Origin: a virus
Lineage: Duplodnaviria > Caudoviricetes
Length of the DNA: 43,450 bases
Virus record (IMG/VR): IMGVR_UViG_3300020044_006787
Span: 1 to 43,450 of that record
Strand: one strand, 5' to 3'
Part shown: in pieces, positions 15,462 to 24,765 of the stretch
Layout of the letters: each line of letters opens with the position of its first letter
Position numbering within the stretch: position 1 is the first letter of the stretch
Notes under the pieces: model-generated
Told to the model about the DNA's origin: nothing
What the model saw: only the letters and a program-made list of their open reading frames with translations
Database searches by the model: none
Translations under genes and position numbers: made by a program

Positions 15462-17096
15462 ATGGGTGATATAAAGCGATTAGCGAAAACTGCCGATGAA
15501 TTATTTAATGCAAAACTAACACTGCATGGATTATGGCAAGAAATAGCAGATTTTACATATCCTGAACGTGCGGATTTTACAAGTAATCGCACATTAGGAA
15601 TGGATTTTGCTAGCAATCTATCTAACTCACATCAATTAATTGCTAGGCGTGAAAGTTCAACTATTATGTCAACTATGATGTTTCCTAAAAATCAAGTGTG
15701 GGCGCACATTAAAGCAGAAAAAGGCGATGACAATGATGAAGGGGTGATTGAAAACAACCAGTGGTTAGAGTTTGCGACAAAGCGAATGCGTGAAGCCATG
15801 TATAATTTTAATGCAAACCTAACTCGTGCATTAACTGAAGCGTGCAATGATATATGGGCGTTTGGTAATGCAGTTATTTCTTGTGAATATAATAGAGCTA
15901 AGCAAAGCCTTTTATATCGTTGCTGGCATCTTAGAGATATGGCGTGGGTTGAAGGTTACGATGGCAAGATTTGTGAGATATATCGTAAGTCAAAAGATAG
16001 TGCTTATAATTTAAATAAACAATTTAAGGGCAATGTATCTGATAAAGTCAAAAAAATGCTTGAAAAAACTCCGCATGAAATGGTGGAATATTGCCATGCT
16101 GTTTTGCCTGTTGATAGATATGAAGCATCTGCAAAAATAGCCACTGATTATGTTAGTGTGTTTTTTGAGTGTGAAACAAAGCATGTTTTGAAAGAGGAGG
16201 CATCACGCACAATGATTTATGTTGTGGCAAGATGGGAAACTGTAAGCGGTTTTCAATATGCTTATAGTCCTTGCTCGGTTGCTGCATTACCTGAAATACG
16301 CATGTTGCAACAATTATCTTTGATGATATTAGAAAGCACTGAAATGCAAGCACGCCCTCCTATTTATGGGCGCAATGAAATTTTTAGAGGCGATATTAAT
16401 AGGCTTGCTGGTGGTATCACTTATCTTGATTTAGAACCTGAACAACGCATATCTGACGCAATGATGTTTGAGCCTTCTAATGCTGGTGGATTACAAGCTG
16501 CTGCGCAAAAAGAATTACAATCTATGGAAATGATAAATCGTGCATATTTCTTAGATAAATTAAAACTTCCAGTTCCTATGAGTGGCACAACTGCTTATGA
16601 GTTTGCAAAGCGCATGGAAGAATACATTATGATAAATCTGCCAATATTTGAGCCGTTAGAGCTTAATTTTGTGCAGCCATTATGCGAAATCACGTTTGAT
16701 ATAGCAATGCAAAATGGCGTGTTTGGCAGCGTTGAAGATATTCCTGAAACATTGCAGGGAGTTGATATAAACTTTGAGTTTCATAATCCATTGCAAAAAG
16801 CTATTGAAGAGCAAAAAGCACAACAATATATTGATGCACTTGGATTGGTTTCACAAGGTGCTGCTCTTGACCCATCTGCGCCAATAATATTAAAATCTAA
16901 AATTGCATTGCGTGATGCTATGGTTGGTAAGGGTATTCCTGCTAAATGGCTAAATAGCAGTGATGAAATTGAAGCTATTGAACAACAGCAAGCGCAAGCA
17001 CAACAAGCACAACAGGCTATGGCAATGCTGCAACAAGGAGGCGAAGCTGCAAAAGCAGTTGGTGAAGGTGCGCAAGCAATTAACGGGATAATGTAA
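15462..17096 (+). CDS. Portal protein (T7 gp8/BPP-1-like head-to-tail connector)
   Basis: WQEIADFTYP, FGNA, ARW....G..Y..SP...ALP, TAYE, Gln-rich C-terminal helix; 544 aa. Confidence 0.9.
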   Translation: MGDIKRLAKTADELFNAKLTLHGLWQEIADFTYPERADFTSNRTLGMDFASNLSNSHQLIARRESSTIMSTMMFPKNQVWAHIKAEKGDDNDEGVIENNQWLEFATKRMREAMYNFNANLTRALTEACNDIWAFGNAVISCEYNRAKQSLLYRCWHLRDMAWVEGYDGKICEIYRKSKDSAYNLNKQFKGNVSDKVKKMLEKTPHEMVEYCHAVLPVDRYEASAKIATDYVSVFFECETKHVLKEEASRTMIYVVARWETVSGFQYAYSPCSVAALPEIRMLQQLSLMILESTEMQARPPIYGRNEIFRGDINRLAGGITYLDLEPEQRISDAMMFEPSNAGGLQAAAQKELQSMEMINRAYFLDKLKLPVPMSGTTAYEFAKRMEEYIMINLPIFEPLELNFVQPLCEITFDIAMQNGVFGSVEDIPETLQGVDINFEFHNPLQKAIEEQKAQQYIDALGLVSQGAALDPSAPIILKSKIALRDAMVGKGIPAKWLNSSDEIEAIEQQQAQAQQAQQAMAMLQQGGEAAKAVGEGAQAINGIM

Positions 17097-17116
17097 TAAT
17101 AAACAATGGGAAAAAT

Positions 17117-17338
17117 ATGATTGAAGAAAATAAAATGAAAGCTATGTTTGATGATATTACAATCAAATATGAAGGCGTAAGATATGACTTAAAGCCAACT
17201 GAGGGAAACTACGAGGGTTGGATTTATCAATTTGAAAAAAATGGTAAATTTGTTCGTATTAAAAAGACATTATCTGATTTATCTTACGAAACATTTGAAA
17301 TATTGGCGCAACAAGCATTGATTATATTATCAAAATAA
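17117..17338 (+). CDS. Hypothetical protein
   Basis: 73-aa ORF with GGGA RBS. Confidence 0.55.
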   Translation: MIEENKMKAMFDDITIKYEGVRYDLKPTEGNYEGWIYQFEKNGKFVRIKKTLSDLSYETFEILAQQALIILSK

Positions 17339-17384
17339 TTAACAGTTGCAAACTTAATTGAAAAACCTTATAATGATTTTAACT

Positions 17385-17663
17385 ATGATTGATATTAGTA
17401 AAATACTACCGCTTATTCCAGTTGAAACAGACATATCTATTGCTTATGCAGTGCAAGCGTTAGAGCGTGGCGAAGCAACTGCTGAACAACAGAAAAAAGC
17501 GTTATCATGGATTGTTGAGCGTGCAAGTCGTGCTTATATGCCTTCTTATAATGGCGAAAAGGTAAATGACACAATATTTAATGAAGGTAAGCGTGCGGTT
17601 GGATTGCAAATTGTTCAATTAGTTAATGCTAATTTAGCAACAATAAAGGAAGCTATTAAATGA
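17385..17663 (+). CDS. Bbp19-like conserved podovirus protein
   Basis: TIFNEGKRAVGLQI motif; located between portal and scaffold; start trimmed to MIDISK. Confidence 0.75.
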   Translation: MIDISKILPLIPVETDISIAYAVQALERGEATAEQQKKALSWIVERASRAYMPSYNGEKVNDTIFNEGKRAVGLQIVQLVNANLATIKEAIK

Positions 17664-17905
17664 CAAGTGTTTCAGTGGAAGTGTTTATTCAAGAGCAGTA
17701 TAATGAAGATGGTGAACTAGGAAGGCAAGTAATTACTTTTTCTTTGTTCAATCAAGATGGACGCATTATGTCAAGAGATGTGGTTTTTTTTGCCGTTGGT
17801 TCTAATCCTAATTACTTAGGGCAAGAAGCATTAAAAGAAGCGATTGCTGCGCATAAAATAGATTTGATTAATAAATATAATTTTTTATTTTTAGGTAATG
17901 AGTAA
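17660..17905 (+). CDS. Hypothetical protein
   Basis: ATGA overlap, AGGA RBS. Confidence 0.6.
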   Translation: MTSVSVEVFIQEQYNEDGELGRQVITFSLFNQDGRIMSRDVVFFAVGSNPNYLGQEALKEAIAAHKIDLINKYNFLFLGNE

Positions 17906-17908
17906 AGT

Positions 17909-18832
17909 ATGACGGAAGAAAACGTAGGCGCAAATGATACGGTAGTATCTGGTAATGATACAGTTGTAGCAAATAATGCTGATACTATTGTTGCTGGTGC
18001 AAGTGATACAGTTGTTTCTAGTGGCAATGATACAGTTGTTGCTAATGAGTTTTCATGGAATACCTACCTTGATGGAATTAAACAAAAAGATGAAAAGTTA
18101 TATAATGTCGTAAAAACCGCATCAAGTGTTGATGATGTAGTTAAGCAGAATTATGAATTACAAAAGCGCATTTCTCAAGGGTTCAAAGAGCCTGAGTTGC
18201 CTAAAAACGCAACTGAAGCGCAAATCAAAGAATATCGTGAAAAGATTGGAGTTCCTGCTGCGCCAAATGAATATAAGTTCCCTGAAAACGTTGCAGTTAA
18301 AGAGGAAGATAAGCCGTTATGGGATTTATTTGGTAAGTTTGCTATTGAAAATAATATATCGCAAAAAGATTTTACTAAGCTTGCTCCTGCTTATTATGCT
18401 ATGGAAGCATCAATCCGTGAACAGGCAGAAAAAGACTTCAAAGAGGTAACTCGTTCTCAAGATGGAGCGATTAAAGAATTATGGGGCAGTGATGCTGCCG
18501 ATAATATGAAAGCAAATGAGGCTTTTTTAATTAATGCTGGTGGCGAAGAATTAGCGCAAATGTTGCTTGGGGCAACTAGTAGCGATGGTAGACCGCTAGG
18601 AAATAACCCATTGGTTGCTAAATGGCTTAATAAGCAAGCTAGAGCCTTTGGATATGCTGATGTGATGAGCGCAGGAAAAAGCGACGGCAAAAGCATTGAC
18701 GACCAAATCAACGAAATCTTGCAACGCAAGACTTCCCCTGATTACTACCATGTTAAGAATAAAGCAAAGGCTGATAAAGACCATGCTGAATATCTTAGAT
18801 TGTTAGAAATTAAGGAAAAGTTGAAAAAGTAA
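17909..18832 (+). CDS. Capsid scaffolding/assembly protein
   Basis: REKIGVP...EY, KELWG, GNNP motifs; acidic and helical; directly upstream of the capsid gene. Confidence 0.8.
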   Translation: MTEENVGANDTVVSGNDTVVANNADTIVAGASDTVVSSGNDTVVANEFSWNTYLDGIKQKDEKLYNVVKTASSVDDVVKQNYELQKRISQGFKEPELPKNATEAQIKEYREKIGVPAAPNEYKFPENVAVKEEDKPLWDLFGKFAIENNISQKDFTKLAPAYYAMEASIREQAEKDFKEVTRSQDGAIKELWGSDAADNMKANEAFLINAGGEELAQMLLGATSSDGRPLGNNPLVAKWLNKQARAFGYADVMSAGKSDGKSIDDQINEILQRKTSPDYYHVKNKAKADKDHAEYLRLLEIKEKLKK

Positions 18833-18967
18833 GTTTTTTTTAATTAAAAAGCCTGTCGGTTTGCGGAGAAAGCCTTTAATGGATAATTCGCAAGCAAACT
18901 CTAAGGATAAGTTTAATTAAGATATTTTAACCAATATTTTAATCATTTTTATATAAAGGAGTTTGTT

Positions 18968-19801
18968 ATGCCAGCTTTAAGTCCTGTGCAACAAATTGCG
19001 TATCGCACAGAAGCGATTGCTCAATTTGAATTAAAAGAAGCATTATTGCGTGATACTGTTACCATTGAAGATGTAGATAAAGGCGAGACTGCCACGTTTG
19101 CTATTTATGGTTTAGCAGGTAAAACTGCGGTTACTCGTGACCTAAATGGATTAATTCCGGGGGATAGCATTAATCGCTCTCAAGTTACCGCAATTATGCA
19201 CGAGCGTCATTTTGTAGCGGAGCATACCGATTTTGACGTGTTTGCATCTCAAAGCAATACAATTAAAGCAATGCAACAAGGTATGTCTGTTATTTATCGT
19301 GACCATGATAAAGAAATTTTGACGGCGTTAGATGCTGGAAGTGGACATCAATTTACTTCGGCAGGCTTGAGCCTACAAGATATTCTTAAATCTGTTGCTC
19401 GTTTGGCAACCAATAAAGCAGCAAAAGATATTACTGCTGTTATTACCCCTGCTGCATCAGCTTATTTACATCAAATTGATAGCTTCACTAGTGCTGACTA
19501 CATTGATACGAAAGTGTTTGGTGATAGTAATGCTATGATGGCTTTTAAGTGGATGGGCGTTAAGTTTATTGTTCACCCTGAATTAACTGGAGTAGGCACA
19601 TCTAGTGCAAAATTATTTGTTTATGCAAAAGAGGCAGTAGGACACGCTATTGCTCGTGGTAAATTGGATTTCACTATTGACTTTGATAATCGTCATGCTT
19701 TTCATTATACTCGTGCTAGCTCTGCTCATGCTGCCGTTGTTCTTCAACCTGCTGGTGTTGTTGAGATTACTCACGATGACACTGGAATGATAATTGCTTA
19801 A
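18968..19801 (+). CDS. Major capsid protein
   Basis: Strong AAAGGAG RBS after the scaffold; LRDTV, F.SADY, WMGVKFIVHP, AVGHA, GVVEI motifs. Confidence 0.85.
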   Translation: MPALSPVQQIAYRTEAIAQFELKEALLRDTVTIEDVDKGETATFAIYGLAGKTAVTRDLNGLIPGDSINRSQVTAIMHERHFVAEHTDFDVFASQSNTIKAMQQGMSVIYRDHDKEILTALDAGSGHQFTSAGLSLQDILKSVARLATNKAAKDITAVITPAASAYLHQIDSFTSADYIDTKVFGDSNAMMAFKWMGVKFIVHPELTGVGTSSAKLFVYAKEAVGHAIARGKLDFTIDFDNRHAFHYTRASSAHAAVVLQPAGVVEITHDDTGMIIA

Positions 19802-19818
19802 TTTAGGAGGATTAAATT

Positions 19819-20106
19819 ATGGCTTATTCAACTGCAAATCTTTCTTTAACGGAAGTGGGCGGTATTGGCGGTATTCGTCAACGCTCTTGGAAATATGAAA
19901 GCACTGATGCTGCAACTGTTGTGCGTGTAGATGGTTATATTGCCGATGCACGTGACCGCGGTATGCAGGTAGGTGACATTTTATATGTTCGTGATACTGA
20001 CGCAAGCCCGAACGCAACGCAAATTATGACTGTTGCTGCTATTAATGCTAATGGCTCTGCTGATTTATCAGACGGCGTTGCAATTACTGCTACCGATAGT
20101 GATTAA
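19819..20106 (+). CDS. Putative capsid decoration/cement protein
   Basis: GGGAGG RBS; immediately follows the MCP; GY..DA..RGM.VGD pattern; followed by a hairpin. Confidence 0.65.
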   Translation: MAYSTANLSLTEVGGIGGIRQRSWKYESTDAATVVRVDGYIADARDRGMQVGDILYVRDTDASPNATQIMTVAAINANGSADLSDGVAITATDSD

Positions 20107-20115
20107 TTTATTATA

Positions 20116-20149
20116 TAATAGGGAGGGGATTTATTTCTCCTCTCTATTA
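20116..20149 (+). terminator. Hairpin (terminator or processing site) after the capsid genes
   Basis: TAATAGGGAGGGGA-tttatt-TCTCCTCTCTATTA 14-bp stem with G-U pairs; no good U-tract. Confidence 0.55.
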
Positions 20150-20166
20150 ACAACTAAAGGAACTTT

Positions 20167-20574
20167 ATGCAAATAGATTATTCTGATTTACGAAATGGCA
20201 ATAATAACGTGATTATTCACTTGTATCGTGCGCCTGTGCATGTAACTGTTGAAGAATTGCTTGATAGTTCTACATGGGTTAATGTCGCGCAAAAATTAGA
20301 CAAAGAACATATTATCCAAGTAATTTGGGAAGATATGAGCAAAGAATGTGAGTTTAGGGTTATTTCTAAGCGTGACAAAATAGTTACTCTTAAATTGCGT
20401 GGCGAAGTCATTATTTATGATGATAGCCAAGAAACAAAAGCTGGCAAGTTTAAGGTTGAATGGCGTGGAAAAGGTAAGTTTTGTGTGTTTTTAGATGGCG
20501 CAACAGACCCTATTTTGCGTGGTTTTGACACAAAAGAGCAAGCACTAACTGAGGCGCAAAAACTAGCGGCATAA
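20167..20574 (+). CDS. Hypothetical protein
   Basis: AAGGA RBS; in the late operon. Confidence 0.75.
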   Translation: MQIDYSDLRNGNNNVIIHLYRAPVHVTVEELLDSSTWVNVAQKLDKEHIIQVIWEDMSKECEFRVISKRDKIVTLKLRGEVIIYDDSQETKAGKFKVEWRGKGKFCVFLDGATDPILRGFDTKEQALTEAQKLAA

Positions 20575-20575
20575 C

Positions 20576-21217
20576 ATGGCAGATAAATTGCAAGTATATA
20601 ATGGTGCATTACTTCATTTAGGCGCAAAAACACTTGCAACTTTAACTGAGGAACGAAAATCACGCCGTGTGCTAGATACAATATGGGCTGCGGGTGCGGT
20701 TCGTTACTGCTTACAGCAAGGTTATTGGAACTTTGCAACTCGCACCATTAAGATTGACGCAACGCCTAGTGTTGAACCTAATGACTTTGGTTATAGGTAT
20801 GCGTTTCCGCAACCTAGTGACTTTGTGCGTATGTTATCTATAAGCTATGGTGAATATATGGATATTCCACTTAATCGGTTTGTTGATGAAGCGCATTATT
20901 GGTTTGCGGATTATGATAAATTATATATCTCATATATATCTGATGATGTTTCTTATGGTGGTTCGCTTGGTGATTGGAGTGAGAGTTTTACAAGGTTTGT
21001 TGAATTATACTTAGCGCAACGTGCTGCGCCTTCAATTACTCATGATAGCACTATAGTTGCTAAAATAGAAAAGCTTTATAAAGATGCTTTAAGCACCGCA
21101 AAAACTAAAGATGCAACTAATCAAGGGGCGAAAGAAACTCCGCTTGGTGCATTAGCTAGCGCACGATTGAATGGGCGCAGAAGTGGAACTCGTAGTTCTG
21201 GTGGGTGGTTAATGTAA
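20576..21217 (+). CDS. Tail tubular protein A / head-tail adaptor (T7 gp11-like)
   Basis: NGALLHLG, WNFA, Y.YAFPQPSD, F...V...LA...A motifs. Confidence 0.85.
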   Translation: MADKLQVYNGALLHLGAKTLATLTEERKSRRVLDTIWAAGAVRYCLQQGYWNFATRTIKIDATPSVEPNDFGYRYAFPQPSDFVRMLSISYGEYMDIPLNRFVDEAHYWFADYDKLYISYISDDVSYGGSLGDWSESFTRFVELYLAQRAAPSITHDSTIVAKIEKLYKDALSTAKTKDATNQGAKETPLGALASARLNGRRSGTRSSGGWLM

Positions 21218-23925
21218 TGGGCGCAAAACGAAACATTATCTTAAATCGCTTTAATTATGGTATTGTTTCAAAGCTAGCATTTGCACGTCGTGATATTCCA
21301 AAACTTGCACTTGCAGCCGAAGAGCAAACTAATATTATAGGGCGCACACTTGGAGCTGGTAAGTTTCGTGCTGGTATGCAATATTTATTTAACACGTTTA
21401 ATAATTCTAAAGTTAGATGCGTTCCATTTGTGTTTGCTGTAGATGACACGGCAATTTTAGAGTTTAGCAATAATATTTTACGTCCTTTAGTTGATGACCA
21501 ACCTATAACAATTCCCGCAACTAATACAGTTATAACTAACCAATCTTTTGCATCTGATTTATCTGGGTGGACTGCCAATGATGATGCGGGAGCGTTATCA
21601 TATCATTCTACTGGGTTTATGGTTTTGAAAAGCCAAGGCGTTGCATCAACTGCCCGCAGGTGGCAATTAATAAGTGTTGCAGTTGGTGATAGGAATAAAC
21701 GCCATTGTGTGAAATTAACTGTTGCTCGTGGTGAAGTTAAAATAAATATTGGTAATACTTATGGCGATGGCGCATATATAAACGCAACAGTTGCAAGTGG
21801 TGGCACACAATCTACAAGTTATTATTATTTTACATTTGTTCCCACTGGTAATTTTTATATTCAATTATCTAATGATAAGAATTATGCTGATAGTTTAATT
21901 GATAGCATTGAAATTATTAATAACGACACAGCAGAGCTTGTTACACCATTTACCGAAGCTGATTTGCCATTTATTCGCACAACTGAAGTAAAAGATGTTG
22001 TTTATGTTGCTTGTAAAAATAAAAATCCTAAAAAGATATTGAGGTTTAGCAAATATAGTTGGGGCATAGAAGATTTTGCTCCTTTAGATGGTGTTTTTGA
22101 TTTAATTAACATATCTGATATTACGATTGCACCAACTGCATTATCTGGGCAGGTTAATCTGATTTCAAATGCAAGTTATTTTAATAGCGGAATGATTAAT
22201 TCTTTAATTAAAATCACATCTAGTGGTCAACAAACCAATAATGTTTTAACTGGTAACAATCAATTTGGTGATTATATCCGCTTAACTGGTGTTGGCGCAA
22301 ATAGAAATTACAATGTAATTATTTCTGGCACATGGACTGGCACAATCTCATTGCAACGTGCGGTTGGTGAGCCTAACGCTTGGGCTGATACTGGCACTGT
22401 TTTTACCGCTAACACAAATGTTATCCGAAGCGATGGCGATGATAATGCAATAGTGTATTATCGGTTGGCTTTTTCTGGCGGGTATGGCTCTGGTTCTGCA
22501 ACAGTGCAATTATCTATAGGTTTAGGAAGTATTACAGGGGTTGCTCGTATCATAGGTTATGTTTCACCAACGAACGTGATTGCCAGTGTATTAAAACCAT
22601 TTGGCGGTGTTGGGGCAACAATAAACTGGTATCAAGGAATATGGCGTGATGGCAATTATCCTTCTGCTGTGGCAACACATGAGGGGCGTTTATGGTGGGC
22701 TGGTAAAGATAGAATTATTGGTAGTTCATCGGACGCATTAGAAAGTTATGATGAAGAAATAGAAGGTGATATTGCGCCAATTAATGTTATTATAGGTTCT
22801 AATGGGAACGATACAATAAACTGGTTGCTGCCATTATTTCGTTTGGTTATTGGTGGTGAATTAGCAGAACGCACCGCCCGCAGCACATCACTTGATGAGC
22901 CTCTAACGCCAAGTAATTTTAGCTTAAAAAAAGATGGAACTCGTGGTAGTTCACCAGTTGAAGCGATTGAAGTTGACCAGTCTGGATTTTTTGTGCGTAA
23001 TAATAGGCTTTTTAATCTTGCTCCAAGTGATAGAGTGGATACATCATATCAAGCTAAAGATGTAACGCTAATTGCGCCTGAAGTTGGAATTGGTGGATTT
23101 ATTCGCTTGGCAGTGCAACGTTATCCTGATACTCGCATTCATGGCTTGCGTAACGATGGTAAGGTTGCTTTATTTGTGTTTGATGAATTAGAAGAAGTGC
23201 AATGCTGGCAAATAATAGAAACAGACGGCGTAATTGAAGACATTTTTATATTACCAGCCGAAGCTAATGCAGAAGAAGATAGGGTTTATTATGTTGTGCG
23301 TAGAATTATTAATGGCAATACAGTTCGCCATATTTGCAAATGGTCTTTTGAAAATGAATGTGTTGGTGGCACGTTAAACAAACAGGCGGATAGCTTTATT
23401 GTTTGGAATGGTAGCGGTAGCGTGATTAATGGTTTGTCACATTTGGAAGGTAAGCAAGTTGTTGTATGGGCTGATGGCAAGGATTTTTCAAAAGGATATG
23501 GCAACAATCAAACGTTATACACTGTATCAGGCGGGCAAATAACCTTGCTTTCACCAGTAACGCAAGCGGTGGTCGGGTTGCCATATAAAGGGCGGTATAA
23601 ATCAAGTAAGCTAGCATATTTTGCTAATTATGGTGAGCCTTTGACTTTTACCAAACGCATAAGTCGGTTGGGAGTAATTTTACTTAATAGCCATAATAGA
23701 TGTTTGCGCTATGGTCAGGATTTTGCAGAAATGGACGAGTTGCCGTTAAAATATGAGGAAGCATTAATAGATGCTGACATTGTGTGGGAAGATTTTGACG
23801 AAAATGTTATTGAGTTTGATGGCGATTGGAGCGGTGATAGTCGCATTTGCTTAGAAATGCAAGCACCACGTCCATGCACTATTTTAGGCGTAGTTATGGG
23901 GCTTGAAACTAATGACGCAATATAG
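21217..23925 (+). CDS. Tail tubular protein B / nozzle (T7 gp12-like)
   Basis: FNYGIVS start, YPSAVATHEGRLWWAG, GLSHLEGKQVVVWADG, VGLPY; start trimmed to 21217. Confidence 0.85.
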   Translation: MGAKRNIILNRFNYGIVSKLAFARRDIPKLALAAEEQTNIIGRTLGAGKFRAGMQYLFNTFNNSKVRCVPFVFAVDDTAILEFSNNILRPLVDDQPITIPATNTVITNQSFASDLSGWTANDDAGALSYHSTGFMVLKSQGVASTARRWQLISVAVGDRNKRHCVKLTVARGEVKINIGNTYGDGAYINATVASGGTQSTSYYYFTFVPTGNFYIQLSNDKNYADSLIDSIEIINNDTAELVTPFTEADLPFIRTTEVKDVVYVACKNKNPKKILRFSKYSWGIEDFAPLDGVFDLINISDITIAPTALSGQVNLISNASYFNSGMINSLIKITSSGQQTNNVLTGNNQFGDYIRLTGVGANRNYNVIISGTWTGTISLQRAVGEPNAWADTGTVFTANTNVIRSDGDDNAIVYYRLAFSGGYGSGSATVQLSIGLGSITGVARIIGYVSPTNVIASVLKPFGGVGATINWYQGIWRDGNYPSAVATHEGRLWWAGKDRIIGSSSDALESYDEEIEGDIAPINVIIGSNGNDTINWLLPLFRLVIGGELAERTARSTSLDEPLTPSNFSLKKDGTRGSSPVEAIEVDQSGFFVRNNRLFNLAPSDRVDTSYQAKDVTLIAPEVGIGGFIRLAVQRYPDTRIHGLRNDGKVALFVFDELEEVQCWQIIETDGVIEDIFILPAEANAEEDRVYYVVRRIINGNTVRHICKWSFENECVGGTLNKQADSFIVWNGSGSVINGLSHLEGKQVVVWADGKDFSKGYGNNQTLYTVSGGQITLLSPVTQAVVGLPYKGRYKSSKLAYFANYGEPLTFTKRISRLGVILLNSHNRCLRYGQDFAEMDELPLKYEEALIDADIVWEDFDENVIEFDGDWSGDSRICLEMQAPRPCTILGVVMGLETNDAI

Positions 23926-24274
23926 CATTCGTGAAACTGTTAATGATGATTTTTTGCTTTTATGTGGCAAACTGCCTATAGCAGATGAACCAATTAAAGC
24001 ATGGACTGTTATTTATGATGGTGACATTGCTTGCATTGGTAGCTTGGCAAAGAAAGAAGGTAAATGGATTTTGAATAGTGATTTTAATCCTTTAATCAAG
24101 CATTCTGCCATTACTGTATTTCGTATTTCTTGCTATATCATGCAAAAAGCGTTAGAATATGAGAAAGATATTTATGCTTATGGTAAAATCACGCCTGATA
24201 AATATTTGTTAAAATTAGGTTTTAGATTTATTGGAACTATAGATGAGCTGGGGCTTGGGGTTTATAGAACATGA
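23912..24274 (+). CDS. T7 gp13-like (GNAT-like) virion assembly protein
   Basis: Position after the nozzle; KYLLKLGF motif. Confidence 0.55.
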   Translation: MTQYSIRETVNDDFLLLCGKLPIADEPIKAWTVIYDGDIACIGSLAKKEGKWILNSDFNPLIKHSAITVFRISCYIMQKALEYEKDIYAYGKITPDKYLLKLGFRFIGTIDELGLGVYRT

Positions 24275-24765
24275 CAGGAATTGAAATCGCATTAATAGCA
24301 GGAGCGGTTGGAACGGCGGTAAGCGCAGCTGGTTCTATACAGCAGGGTAACGCTGCACGGGCTTCTGCTAATTTTCAAGCTACGCAATATCGGCAGCAAG
24401 CAAAACAAAATGAAGCGTTGGCACAACGTCAAGGTTTAGAAAGAAAACGACAAATTGATTTAGCTTCATCACGGGCAAGGGCTTTAAGTGCAGCAAGTGG
24501 CGTATCTAGCGCATCGCCATCTATTGTTAATTTGTTAGCTGGATTAGATAATGAAGCGCAATATGCGCTTGATAGTTCTATTGTGGCAGGACAAGAAAGC
24601 GCAACAGGGTTGAATACTGCTGCTGATGTTCAAGTATTGGCAGGAAGGAATGCCAAAAAAGCAGGATTATATGGTGCGATTGGCGGTATATCACAATATG
24701 CTTTAATGGCTGGCGCAACTGGTAACAGTGGTAAATCTAGCACAAAAATAATTGGGGGTTACTAA
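24271..24765 (+). CDS. Internal virion/ejection protein (T7 gp14-like)
   Basis: Hydrophobic Gly/Ala N-terminus, coiled coil, AASGV motif. Confidence 0.75.
   Translation: MTGIEIALIAGAVGTAVSAAGSIQQGNAARASANFQATQYRQQAKQNEALAQRQGLERKRQIDLASSRARALSAASGVSSASPSIVNLLAGLDNEAQYALDSSIVAGQESATGLNTAADVQVLAGRNAKKAGLYGAIGGISQYALMAGATGNSGKSSTKIIGGY

Noticed and set aside
16980-17040. CAA/GCA repeats (QQQAQAQQAQQ) at the portal end
   Set aside because: Ordinary Gln-rich C-terminal helix of this portal family
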